NCBI GenBank assembly: GCA_963674735.2
Contig: CAXXQS010000002.1
Coordinates: forward strand, 2,112,001-2,176,000
DNA length: 64,000 bases
Direction: 5' to 3'
From: Myxococcota bacterium
GTDB lineage: Bacteria > Myxococcota_A > SURF-8
Shown: positions 28,465 to 37,742 of the stretch, piece by piece
Layout of the letters: every line of letters begins with the position of its first letter
How positions within the stretch are numbered: position 1 is the first letter of the stretch
The notes under the pieces: generated by a model
Told to the model about the DNA's origin: nothing
The model's input: only the letters and a program-made list of their open reading frames with translations
The model's database searches: none
Position numbers and translations under genes: made by a program

Positions 28465-28686
28465 ATGGAAAGAACCTGCAAAAACCATCCCGACCGCCCC
28501 GGCGAACTGTTTTGCGCCAAATATAATCGCTTCCTTTGTCGGGAATGCGCCGTTTGTCAGGATCCCACCCTTTTCTGCCGTTACCGCACCCAGTGCCTGA
28601 TTCACGAATTCGAAAAGCATGGGCGTCCCGACGACGACACGTCGAATGCCCCCGCGACCGGCACGGACGATTCCAGCCCGGTTTGA
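28465..28686 (+). CDS. Small Cys-rich protein, B-box zinc finger-like
   Basis: CKNHP...FCAK...LCRECAVC...FCRYRTQC; GAGG RBS. Confidence 0.78.
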   Translation: MERTCKNHPDRPGELFCAKYNRFLCRECAVCQDPTLFCRYRTQCLIHEFEKHGRPDDDTSNAPATGTDDSSPV

Positions 28687-29226
28687 TCCACGACTTTGCA
28701 GGATTGTCAGAATCCTGGCACGAACAGTGGCGATTTGCCGTCATGCCTATACCCCACGGTGACATGGGGGGATAAATTGCGTCTTTCCGAGAAGAACAAA
28801 GAAAACTCAGAATTTATAGAAGCTGAAAATCTCGGATTCGCGCAAATAATGCGTATTTCGGCCGATTTTGTTTCATTTCTTTACAGACGCTGTCGTCTCC
28901 TTTTTTTAGCTGTATTATCTGTTAGTTAGATTTTCTTTGCCTTATTCCTATTAAGTATTTCCACATATACGAATAAAGAGTCCGACTTAGGAAAAAATGC
29001 CTAAGATAGTGATATGGTTTGATAATTAATGATAATTACATAATAGTATGTGACAATTGTTTGGAAAGTCACCTGTCAAGATTGTTCATGAGACGGCGAA
29101 AATATTTCGCCAACACCATTTCAGGGATTATTCATATCGGAATTAGGATCTGCACTGTTGGTAGGTAAGATACTGTATTTGTTGATTAATATTAAGTTAA
29201 TAATAAATCGCCGTTCGTTCCGGCTT

Positions 29227-29242
29227 TGGCACATTCCTTGCT
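29227..29242 (+). promoter_or_regulatory. sigma-54 (-24/-12) promoter
   Basis: TGGCAC-attcc-TTGCT matches consensus TGGCAC-N5-TTGCW, in an AT-rich intergenic region. Confidence 0.8.
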
Positions 29243-29470
29243 GCTATTTATAGCTGTGGACGCCAAGGAAGCTGTCTTCCTTGTGCGCAAGAAACGTGAA
29301 ACCATCTGGATACGAGGCGATCGCTTGATATTTTTGCCGTTCTTCAGATCCGTGTTATGGTTACGTGTCGCGGGTGAAAGCCTGAGCCGTTTCCGGAACA
29401 ACTGGATAGTCGGCGGTTTGTCGATGCAGCCTGTCCCGATTTCCTCCACACGCCGTAAGGAGACACCTAG

Positions 29471-29713
29471 ATGAGCCATTCTTCCTCGGAAACCGCGTCA
29501 TACAATCTGCAGCAAACAGCGGAGAATCGTGTGGCCGTCACCAAACCGGCCGCGCAGGTCGAGACGCTCTACTTCGATGCCGACGCGCATGACGATAGCT
29601 GGTTGACCCGCGTTGCTCCCCGGATGCTCGCTTTCCTCTTCTTGACCGCTGGGATCGGAGTCGGTATCACCTGCATCGTCGGTTTCTTGCACGCGATTAC
29701 GCGCATGCCCTAA
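29471..29713 (+). CDS. 80-aa small protein with a C-terminal TM helix
   Basis: AAGGAG RBS, ATG, hydrophobic C-terminus, own terminator. Confidence 0.7.
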   Translation: MSHSSSETASYNLQQTAENRVAVTKPAAQVETLYFDADAHDDSWLTRVAPRMLAFLFLTAGIGVGITCIVGFLHAITRMP

Positions 29714-29737
29714 CGGTGTTTCAAGCCAGGCAATCGC

Positions 29738-29767
29738 ACGCGGGCTTCGGTCCGCGTTTTTCGTTTT
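29738..29767 (+). terminator. Intrinsic terminator
   Basis: acgcgggc-TTCG-gtccgcgt followed by ttttcgtttt. Confidence 0.85.
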
Positions 29768-30005
29768 ATGGGAAATGCTTCGCTTTCAGGTCGCGTAATC
29801 TCTTTCGAATCCTGCCTCTGTTGATCCCTTTGCATATTCTTCGGCGGATCGTCTTGCGGATGCGGGCGTGTCGGCTATACTCGTTCCACGCAGCCATCGC
29901 GCAACTTCGCTTTGAAAAGCCCCAGGCCGCTTCAACCTCGTTGAGCCGAGGAATGGACCATTGATCCGGATCACGATTTTTAGAAACAGCCGACGAGCAG
30001 ACCGT

Positions 30006-31544
30006 ATGCGTCGCCTCGTTTCCGTGGTGATGGGTCTTCTTCTCCCGTTTTATCTCGCAGCCTGTCAGTCCATCCCTTACCGCGACGCGCCGTCGACGGC
30101 GGTCGAGAATGCGTCCGCCGAGGCGATCACTTTCGCTTCGACAGCGGAACGTCCCAGCGCCTACCTGCTCGATCCGGCGTCCCGGAAGCTGCAAAGCTGG
30201 AGCCGTCGCGCGCCGCTCGACCTGACATCACGCGTATCCGCTTCCGACCTGGCCGCCGATCTGCGTGGGTTGCGCGCAAGCCTGCTGGCGGTTTATCCTT
30301 TTTCCACGAACCCGGACGCCTTTTCGCCCGCCCAAGCGCAGGCGATTTTCGCCGCCGCCATCGAACGGTGTGCGGGAAGCGGAACGGTCGCGCTTAGCGA
30401 GGTGCTTGTCCCGCTCTTGGCACACTGGCGTTTCGCGACGGGCGATCGGCACTTTCAGCTACAAAACGTCGCCGGGCTGGAAGCGGCTCTGCAGCGGGTG
30501 GGCTGGCGACGCAGCCTCTCTCGTCCGGTCTTTGTCTCCGCCGATCCGGCGACGACCGCACCGGCCTGCCGTTGGGTCGACTCCATTCCTTTGATTTATC
30601 CGAGCGCCCCGTGTATCTGGCGCACGCGCATGCGAAACGAGATGGGGCAATGGGTGCCGGTGTGGATGCTAAGCGCTTTCGCGGATTCCACACCTCAACT
30701 GGTTTGCGAGGGACAACCGGTTCCGCTGCAGCCCGTCGCATCCGTTGCGGAGAACGCGCGCTACGTAAACGCTCCCGACCAACCGGCCTATCGGTTCGAG
30801 CTGCAGAACGGGACCGCCTGGATCCGCCTGCACAGTTTCTCTTCCCGTTTCGATCGCGAGCTGAGGCGTTTCGTCGAGGACGTCGCGCGCCACCGAAAGG
30901 CCCGCCGTCTGGTCGTGGACCTGCGCGGCAACGGCGGCGGAAACAATCGCTACGCCTATGAGTGGTTCAACGCCCTGACCGCCCAACCTCGGGTCGTCGG
31001 GACGGCCAGCCAGCGTTATAGCGCCGACGTCGCGGCCCTGCGCGCGAATCGGGCCGTGTTGGATTGGCTCAGGCGGTCCGACGCGGGCCGACAGGAAGCG
31101 GGAGCCGCCCTGCCCAAGGAGCTGCTTCGTGTGTTCGCAGAGGTGGCGCAGGCTCCCCGTACCGCCGTGGAACAGACCGGAAACATGGAGTGGGGCGGTA
31201 GCGCCGAGCGAGACTACACCGGGCGGATTTGGGTGTTGGTGGACCGGCACACCGCGTCGTCCGCCGAGAATCTGGTGCTGGCCCTGCGCGAACTTCCCAC
31301 GACCCGGATCGTCGGCGAACCCACCGGCGGTTTGATCGAAGCCGGGGAAGTCGGCCTCGTGGTTTTGCCGCGAAGCGGCCTTGTCTGGGGGATTCCCACC
31401 AAGCGTTTCAGCTATGATACTCTGCCGATCTGTGCGGAGGGCGTGGGGATTCCGGTCGATGTTTACCTGCCCGACCTGCCCGATAATCCACTGGAGGCCC
31501 TGCAAGCCTCCGGGTTGTTCGATTCGTCCTTCACGCGACCTTAG
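30006..31544 (+). CDS. S41 family peptidase lipoprotein
   Basis: Lipobox LAAC; DRHF, VDLRGNGGG, TASSAE, VGEPTGG, EGVGIPVD. Confidence 0.88.
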   Translation: MRRLVSVVMGLLLPFYLAACQSIPYRDAPSTAVENASAEAITFASTAERPSAYLLDPASRKLQSWSRRAPLDLTSRVSASDLAADLRGLRASLLAVYPFSTNPDAFSPAQAQAIFAAAIERCAGSGTVALSEVLVPLLAHWRFATGDRHFQLQNVAGLEAALQRVGWRRSLSRPVFVSADPATTAPACRWVDSIPLIYPSAPCIWRTRMRNEMGQWVPVWMLSAFADSTPQLVCEGQPVPLQPVASVAENARYVNAPDQPAYRFELQNGTAWIRLHSFSSRFDRELRRFVEDVARHRKARRLVVDLRGNGGGNNRYAYEWFNALTAQPRVVGTASQRYSADVAALRANRAVLDWLRRSDAGRQEAGAALPKELLRVFAEVAQAPRTAVEQTGNMEWGGSAERDYTGRIWVLVDRHTASSAENLVLALRELPTTRIVGEPTGGLIEAGEVGLVVLPRSGLVWGIPTKRFSYDTLPICAEGVGIPVDVYLPDLPDNPLEALQASGLFDSSFTRP

Positions 31545-31694
31545 GCAAGCGCAATTCCGGGGAGCCCGGCGTCGGCGGCATTTTCGCGAATAGGCGAAAG
31601 CCCTTTTTGGCCGAGAATCGATTTTCTGTTATACTAAAAGTTCGTTATCGGTATCGGACAAGGTGTCGGGGGTTTGCCAGCGCGGGAGGTTTAA

Positions 31695-32834
31695 GTGGGC
31701 GCGCGTTTCAATCCGCAGATGATCGAGCGGGTCGTGTTGAAAGTGGGTAGCAGTTCCATCGTCGGAAGAGACGGCGAGGTGCGTCTGGGGTTTCTGGGAC
31801 AGCTCGTCACCCTGATCGGACGCTTGCGCGCCACCGGACGGGGCGTCACCCTGGTAACCTCGGGGGCGATCGCCATGGGCTATACGCGTCTCGGTTTTCC
31901 CCAGCGTCCCACCGATATTCCCTCACGCCAGGCCTGCGCCGCCGCCGGACAGACCGAGTTGATGACCCTCTATCAGAAGCTGCTCGATACGCTGGGCGTT
32001 CAGACCGGCCAGGTGCTGCTGACGCGCGAAGATTTCGAAAACCGCCGCCGCTACCTCAACGCGCGCGAAGCGCTGTTGAAGCTGATGGAACTGGGCCTGG
32101 TGCCGGTGGTCAACGAAAACGATTCGGTGGCGGTGGAGGAAATCCAGTACGGCGACAACGATCTGCTGTCCGCCCTGGTGGCCGGAATGGTCGACGCCGA
32201 TCTGCTGGTGCTCATGACCGATGTGGACGGCCTCTATCGCACGCCCCCCGATCCGGGCCAGCGAGGAGAATTGCTGGACACGCTCGACGGTCCCATCGAA
32301 AGCTGGCTGGCCGGTGTGAAGGATCGCGAAAACGGGTTGGGATCGGGCGGGATGCGTTCCAAGCTCGAAGCCGCCAATCTGGCGCGCCAATACGGTATTC
32401 ACTGCGTCATCGCGCGCAGTTCGGGCCGCGTACTGGCCGATGTGCTGGCCGGAAAATCCGTCGGCACTTATATCACCCCCTACGACCGCAAACTGCCGGG
32501 CCGCCAACGCTGGTTGTCCGCCGCCGCCGGAACGCAGGGCAGCCTGACCCTCGACGCCGGGGCGGTTCGCGCCGTTTTGGAAGGGGGAAAAAGCCTGTTG
32601 CCCATCGGGGTCACGAAGGTTACGGGGACGTTTTTGCGCGGCGCAGTGGTCGGACTCGAAGACGGCGACGGGTTCGAACTCGGGCGCGCCGCCGTGCGCT
32701 ACCGCTCGGATCACCTGATCCGCATTCTGGGGCGGCAGGCCAGCGAAATCGAGGCGATCCTCGGCTACACTTTCGGCGACGAAGTCGTCCACCGCGACGA
32801 CATGGTTCTCATTCAAAACGGGAGGACGACATGA
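31695..32834 (+). CDS. proB: Glutamate 5-kinase with PUA domain
   Basis: VLKVGSSS, VTSGAI, NENDSV, GDNDLLS, GSGGMRSK, KSLLPIG, VVHRDD. Confidence 0.97.
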   Translation: MGARFNPQMIERVVLKVGSSSIVGRDGEVRLGFLGQLVTLIGRLRATGRGVTLVTSGAIAMGYTRLGFPQRPTDIPSRQACAAAGQTELMTLYQKLLDTLGVQTGQVLLTREDFENRRRYLNAREALLKLMELGLVPVVNENDSVAVEEIQYGDNDLLSALVAGMVDADLLVLMTDVDGLYRTPPDPGQRGELLDTLDGPIESWLAGVKDRENGLGSGGMRSKLEAANLARQYGIHCVIARSSGRVLADVLAGKSVGTYITPYDRKLPGRQRWLSAAAGTQGSLTLDAGAVRAVLEGGKSLLPIGVTKVTGTFLRGAVVGLEDGDGFELGRAAVRYRSDHLIRILGRQASEIEAILGYTFGDEVVHRDDMVLIQNGRTT

Positions 32835-34078
32835 GTGCATTGACGCCCATACTAACCCAGGCGCGCGCGGCCGCCGTTCAGTTGGCGGACAGCGACGCGG
32901 AAGCGCGTAACCAGGCGCTCATCGCGATGGCCAAGGCGCTCCGACACGCACAGGCCGCCATCCTCGACGCGAACCGGCAGGATGTGCAAGACGCCCGCGC
33001 GGCGGGGCAGAGCGCGGCGCTCATCGATCGTCTCACGCTGACGGAAGAACGTATCGACGCCATGGCGGAGGCCGTGCTGGCCATCGCCAAACTGCCCGAC
33101 CCGCTGGGTGATATCTACGGACTGAGCTCGCGCCCCAACGGGTTGCGGGTGGGCCGCATGCGCGTTCCGCTGGGCGTCATCGGCATCATTTTCGAATCGC
33201 GTCCGAACGTCATCGCCGACGCGGCCGCCCTATGCGTCAAAAGCGGAAATGCCGTCATCCTGCGCGGCGGCTCCGAGGCGAAACGCTCCAACGCCGCGTT
33301 GGGCGATGTGCTGGGTGAGGCGCTGGCCGCATCCGGACTTCCTGCGGCGGCGGCCCAGGTGCTGCGCGACACCGACCGTGCCCTGGTTTTGGATCTGCTT
33401 ACCGCGCGCGGCCAGGTGGATCTCGTGATCCCGCGCGGCGGCGAAGGCTTGATCCGTTTCGTGGACGAACACGCGCGCGTGCCGATCATCCTCCATTATA
33501 AAGGGGTCTGCCACGTCTTCGTCGACGGCGAAGCCGATCTCGACGCGGCCGAACGCATCATCCTCAACGCCAAGACGCAACGCCCCGGCGTCTGCAACGC
33601 CGCCGAAACCCTGTTGGTGCATGCCGATGTCGCCGAGACGTTTTTACCCACGGCGGCAAAAGCCTTGCGCGAAGCCGGAGTGGAATTGCGCGGCTGCGAG
33701 CGCGCCTGCGCGTTGGTTTCCGGCATGATCCCCGCCACGGAAGCCGACTGGCCCGCCGAATATCTCGATCTGATTCTGGCGGTGAAGGTGGTGGACGATT
33801 TCGACGCGGCGGTGGCGCATATCCGTGCCTACGGTTCCGGTCACACCGAGGCCATCGTCACCGAGAACTACCATTCCGCCAGCCGTTTCCTGAACGTGGT
33901 GGACGCCTCCTGCGTGGTGGTCAACGCCTCGACGCGCTTCAACGACGGCGGCGAGCTGGGGCTGGGGGCGGAGATGGGCATCAGCACTACCAAGCTGCAC
34001 GCCTACGGGCCCATGGGTCTGCAAGAGCTGACCACCAGCAAGTTCATCGTGCTGGGGCAGGGACAGGTACGCGGCTAG
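32831..34078 (+). CDS. proA: Glutamate-5-semialdehyde dehydrogenase
   Basis: PLGVIGIIFESRPNV, IPRGG, CNAAET, NASTRF, GISTTKLHAYGPMG. Confidence 0.98.
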   Translation: MSALTPILTQARAAAVQLADSDAEARNQALIAMAKALRHAQAAILDANRQDVQDARAAGQSAALIDRLTLTEERIDAMAEAVLAIAKLPDPLGDIYGLSSRPNGLRVGRMRVPLGVIGIIFESRPNVIADAAALCVKSGNAVILRGGSEAKRSNAALGDVLGEALAASGLPAAAAQVLRDTDRALVLDLLTARGQVDLVIPRGGEGLIRFVDEHARVPIILHYKGVCHVFVDGEADLDAAERIILNAKTQRPGVCNAAETLLVHADVAETFLPTAAKALREAGVELRGCERACALVSGMIPATEADWPAEYLDLILAVKVVDDFDAAVAHIRAYGSGHTEAIVTENYHSASRFLNVVDASCVVVNASTRFNDGGELGLGAEMGISTTKLHAYGPMGLQELTTSKFIVLGQGQVRG

Positions 34079-34152
34079 GGCGCTCACCCGACCTTCGTCG
34101 CAAAGATCCGACGTTCACAGATGACGCGGCAAAAGCTTGACAGACGCCGCTG

Positions 34153-34190
34153 TGTCGTATATTTATACTCTAAGTGAATACTTATCAAAA
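34153..34190 (+). promoter_or_regulatory. Putative tandem ARG boxes upstream of argR
   Basis: GTATAtttATAC and TGAATActtATCA AT-rich dyads downstream of TTGACA (34137). Confidence 0.55.
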
Positions 34191-34205
34191 ATTTGCGGGG
34201 AGGTC

Positions 34206-34652
34206 ATGAGTAAACACAACGCCCGTCGGCAGGCGATCCAGCAACTTGTCAGCACCCAGGAGATTCGCACCCAGGACGAACTGGTGCGCCAGTTGAAGAA
34301 CCGTAATTATTCGGTCACCCAGGCCACCATCTCGCGCGATATCGGCGATCTGGGTTTGATCAAGGTCGGGGGTTTTTACCGCCTGCCGGGCGAAGCCCCG
34401 GCCCCGGCGCATCTGGAACGCACGCTGCGCGATAAAATTTTGCGCGTTGCGCCCGCCGGACCGCACCTGGTGGTGTTGCACACCAATCCGGGTGAAGCGG
34501 GGTCCGTGGGGCTGTCGCTCGACCGCCTCACCTGGACCGGCATCGTGGGGACGATCGCGGGCGACGATACGGTTTTCATTGCCTGCCATTCGGTCAAATC
34601 GGGCCAACAGATCATTAAACGCCTTCAGGCGCTACTGGGAGACGAAACATGA
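34206..34652 (+). CDS. argR: Arginine repressor
   Basis: TQDEL, VTQATISRDI, GTIAGDDT; RBS GGAGG. Confidence 0.96.
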   Translation: MSKHNARRQAIQQLVSTQEIRTQDELVRQLKNRNYSVTQATISRDIGDLGLIKVGGFYRLPGEAPAPAHLERTLRDKILRVAPAGPHLVVLHTNPGEAGSVGLSLDRLTWTGIVGTIAGDDTVFIACHSVKSGQQIIKRLQALLGDET

Positions 34653-34861
34653 AATTGATGAAAAAATTCAGCCGCAACAAGGGCAAAACCACCGCGCCGC
34701 CCGGTCAACGCCTGCTTGACCGCTTCATCAACGGATACGGTACCCCCATCATGGTCGAGCGCTTAAAGGAAATGGAAGCTCGGCTTAACAAACGGCACAA
34801 AGCCAAACCCGCCCCCGACCTCACCGAACCGCCGGAAGACGGCGATACGCCCGCGGCCTGA
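34649..34861 (+). CDS. 70-aa hypothetical protein
   Basis: ATGA overlap with argR stop, GGAG RBS, host-like codon usage. Confidence 0.6.
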   Translation: MKLMKKFSRNKGKTTAPPGQRLLDRFINGYGTPIMVERLKEMEARLNKRHKAKPAPDLTEPPEDGDTPAA

Positions 34862-34898
34862 CTTCTTTTTTCGGCTGATCTCCGAACGTAAAAATGTC

Positions 34899-35522
34899 TT
34901 AGGATTTTCGCAGATCGAAGCGAAACTCGCAGCTTTCACCGCCCTCCGACAAGGTGGCGGGCCGGGTGAGTCGCACCGGGCCTTGACTGAAGAAGGCCAG
35001 ATCGCCCTTGCAGAATAACGGAGCCAGCTCGCCGACGTCGAGCGCCGCGCACAGATCCACGAAATGGCAGTGCGTAACGCGATGGATAAAGCCCGCATCG
35101 GTGATGGCTTCCACCCGGCTTGCGGCATTGAAGAAACGCCCGGCCACCTCTTCGAGGTAGGCGCGCCGTTCGGCTGCATCCGCCCGCCGGTAGCGTTCGA
35201 TGTCCAGCGGCCCGATGGTGCGCGCCAGAAACACCAGCGAGGCCTCCAGCACCACCTGTTCCGTTATCGCCAACGCCCGCTCGCGTCCGACGGCGACGCA
35301 CAGGCGGCGGTATAGCTTGATGGCCGGGCCGATCTGTGCGCGTGACAAAATTTCGCGTTCGTCGATGGGGGGTGAAAGCGCCGCGAAAGGATCGGCGTCC
35401 CCTTCGGCGCGTCCGCCGATCCACAACGCTTGCACCCAGCCGAGTTCACGTCCCAGGACGCGCAGGCCGGTCCATTTGAGGCGCAGTTCCGTCAGCAAGT
35501 CCGGTTTCAGCGTGGTGACCAT
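34899..35522 (-). CDS. L-2-amino-thiazoline-4-carboxylic acid hydrolase-like protein
   Basis: VTHCHF, FCKGD, LTRPATLSEGGESCEFRF pattern. Confidence 0.8.
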   Translation of the reverse strand: MVTTLKPDLLTELRLKWTGLRVLGRELGWVQALWIGGRAEGDADPFAALSPPIDEREILSRAQIGPAIKLYRRLCVAVGRERALAITEQVVLEASLVFLARTIGPLDIERYRRADAAERRAYLEEVAGRFFNAASRVEAITDAGFIHRVTHCHFVDLCAALDVGELAPLFCKGDLAFFSQGPVRLTRPATLSEGGESCEFRFDLRKS

Positions 35523-35555
35523 TTACAACCTCACCTTGTTTATCGGGATTTCCAT

Positions 35556-36869
35556 TCAGTCGGGCAATTCGGCGAGCAGATTATCGAATAAGGCCTTGGT
35601 CGTCGCTCCGTGGTGCAGGTTTTCGGGTGCGCCGCCCGACAGCGTCAGACGGCCGCGATAGCCGCTTACGCCGGCCAGCACCAGCAGCCGTCGTGCAGGT
35701 GGGGCGATCAGAAAGGCGCTTTCGGCGGGCTGGTCGAAGGTGACCTGCCGCTCTTCGATCGGTCCCATGTTGGTCAGCGCATTGGCGATGTTTCCCATGC
35801 GACCCGCCGCCCCGACCATTTCCTCGCCCTTTTCGATCAATTTGGCATCGTCGAGCCAATTGACCAGCCGGGTTTCGAGCAGATAGCTGTTCATTCCGAA
35901 CCAACTGGCCTTACGCCGCCGTGTGCGCGCCACGACCCGCTTCAGGGTCTCGGCCAGATCGCCGCCCAATGTGCGTCCGAGTCTGTAAAATTCGAAGGCG
36001 CTCAGGTTACCCAACGACTCGCCGCGACCGGTGGGCAGGGTGTTCAGACGGTGATCGACGGTGGTGAATAGCCGCAGGATCGCGCGACCGTCCCAGGGAA
36101 CCGTGGCAACCTGGGCGCGCAAAAAGGCCGCAATCAGCATGTCGTTCAAGGTTGCGCCGACGGGAGTGGCGAGCTTTCTCATGCGGGTGACGCGTTCGGC
36201 CGATAGCTCGCGCAGTTCGAGCGGTCCGCAGACCGCCGACTGTTCGGCTCGGCCGTTGTCGTCGGCCATGAGGGCATGGCTGCGCAGGGGCACCATTTTA
36301 CGCCAGATTTCCGCACAGTAATTCAGGAAAATACGCGGCCAGGCCCAGGCGGGGATGCAGCGCGTAATCTGATCGATGTTGCGCGAACCGGCGAGGTTCG
36401 GCTCGGGACGGTAGCCCGGATCGTTTTTCAAGCGCGAGTAGATACCGGCCAGAAGCTCGACCGCTTCTTTCGTGCCTCCCGCATCGGCGGCCAGATGATG
36501 CACCTTCACCAGCAAGCGGTCGCCCCCCGAAGCGGGAACATGCACCAATTGAAGCTGGGGATTGTGATAGGGATCGATCATGTCTCGGCGGGCCTGCTCG
36601 AAAGCGCTTTCATCCGTCACGCAGCGCAGCAGACTGCCGGGAGCGGAATCGAGACGCGCCCAGAAGGCTCTGGGTTCGCTGCGGTCGTAGCGACAACCCA
36701 GAACCGGTTCGGCCACCCGACACAGATCGGCCGCCCGCGCCAGCCGGTCGAGGTCGAGCCTATGGGAAAAGCGACACTCCATCTGGAGCGTCAGATCCAT
36801 GTAGCGTCCCAGGACGGACACGCCGCGGTCCATGATGGCGGCGGGTAAGCGATCAGGTAAGTGTGTCAT
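35556..36869 (-). CDS. Stand-alone condensation-domain/CoA-dependent acyltransferase
   Basis: HHLAADAGG (HHxxxDG-like), GATLND, TVDHR, GNLS, TNMG; start uncertain. Confidence 0.82.
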   Translation of the reverse strand: MTHLPDRLPAAIMDRGVSVLGRYMDLTLQMECRFSHRLDLDRLARAADLCRVAEPVLGCRYDRSEPRAFWARLDSAPGSLLRCVTDESAFEQARRDMIDPYHNPQLQLVHVPASGGDRLLVKVHHLAADAGGTKEAVELLAGIYSRLKNDPGYRPEPNLAGSRNIDQITRCIPAWAWPRIFLNYCAEIWRKMVPLRSHALMADDNGRAEQSAVCGPLELRELSAERVTRMRKLATPVGATLNDMLIAAFLRAQVATVPWDGRAILRLFTTVDHRLNTLPTGRGESLGNLSAFEFYRLGRTLGGDLAETLKRVVARTRRRKASWFGMNSYLLETRLVNWLDDAKLIEKGEEMVGAAGRMGNIANALTNMGPIEERQVTFDQPAESAFLIAPPARRLLVLAGVSGYRGRLTLSGGAPENLHHGATTKALFDNLLAELPD

Positions 36870-36968
36870 GGCGACAGCATAAACCGAGTCTTGCAAATTG
36901 GCAAGTATAGCGGCTCGCAAGCCGCAAAATCGATTGACCTTTCTCAGAGCGTCCGATAGGCTGACGCC

Positions 36969-37742
36969 ATGATAGCGAAGTCGTCGCCAGCACAGAGAAT
37001 CCTCCGCTTCCGTCCGCGCCGCCGGGTGGTGTGGGGTTGTTTTGTCGCGGCGTGTTTGTTGTGGGTTGCCCTTCATCCCCGAATTGAAGCGGCTGAAAAC
37101 AACTCCGACCCCTCAACCTGCGGACCGGTTCCCTTCGTCGATGTCGCCCGGCTGATCCCCGACGCCGTCGTATCCATGAAGTATGCCACCGCCGATCACT
37201 TCCTCAAACGACCGATCGCCGATTACTCCCGTTGCGCCTTGCGCCGTCCGGTGGCCGAGCGCTTGGTCCGCGCCGCCGAGCGGCTGCGCAAAGCGGGTTA
37301 TCGCCTGGTGCTGTGGGACTGCTATCGGCCCCGGCACGTGCAAGAGGCCATGTGGCGCGTGCACCCGGTGCCGGGGGAGGTGGCCAATCCCAAAACCGGT
37401 TCTCACCACAATCGCGGCGCGGCGGTCGATGTGGCGCTGGCCGACGCGAGCGGGCGGCTGGTCGCTCTGCCCACCGGCTTCGACGACTTCAGCCCGCAGG
37501 CCTGGCGCAACGCCCGCGACATCCCCGTACAGGCCAAGGCCAACCGCGAAGCGTTGAAAAGCGCCATGGCGGCGGCGGGCTTCGGCGGCATCCGGCGCGA
37601 ATGGTGGCACTACAATGCCCCCCGTCCCAAACAATATGCCCTCTGCAATGCCCCGGTAGCGCACCTGCTCGGTCCGGTAGAGACCGCCTCGGCAAAGCTG
37701 CCGAACGAAGAGACAACTTCCAATCCGAAAGCCGAACGATGA
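36969..37742 (+). CDS. ddpX: D-alanyl-D-alanine dipeptidase (M15D, VanX/DdpX), exported
   Basis: KYAT, WDCYRP, GSHHNRGAAVDV, TGFDDF, EWWHY. Confidence 0.93.
   Translation: MIAKSSPAQRILRFRPRRRVVWGCFVAACLLWVALHPRIEAAENNSDPSTCGPVPFVDVARLIPDAVVSMKYATADHFLKRPIADYSRCALRRPVAERLVRAAERLRKAGYRLVLWDCYRPRHVQEAMWRVHPVPGEVANPKTGSHHNRGAAVDVALADASGRLVALPTGFDDFSPQAWRNARDIPVQAKANREALKSAMAAAGFGGIRREWWHYNAPRPKQYALCNAPVAHLLGPVETASAKLPNEETTSNPKAER

Noticed and set aside
37232-37738. N-terminal extension of the 398-aa ORF 37232-38428
   Set aside because: Overlaps ddpX out of frame and is Arg/Gly-rich noise; the real start is most likely ATG 37739.
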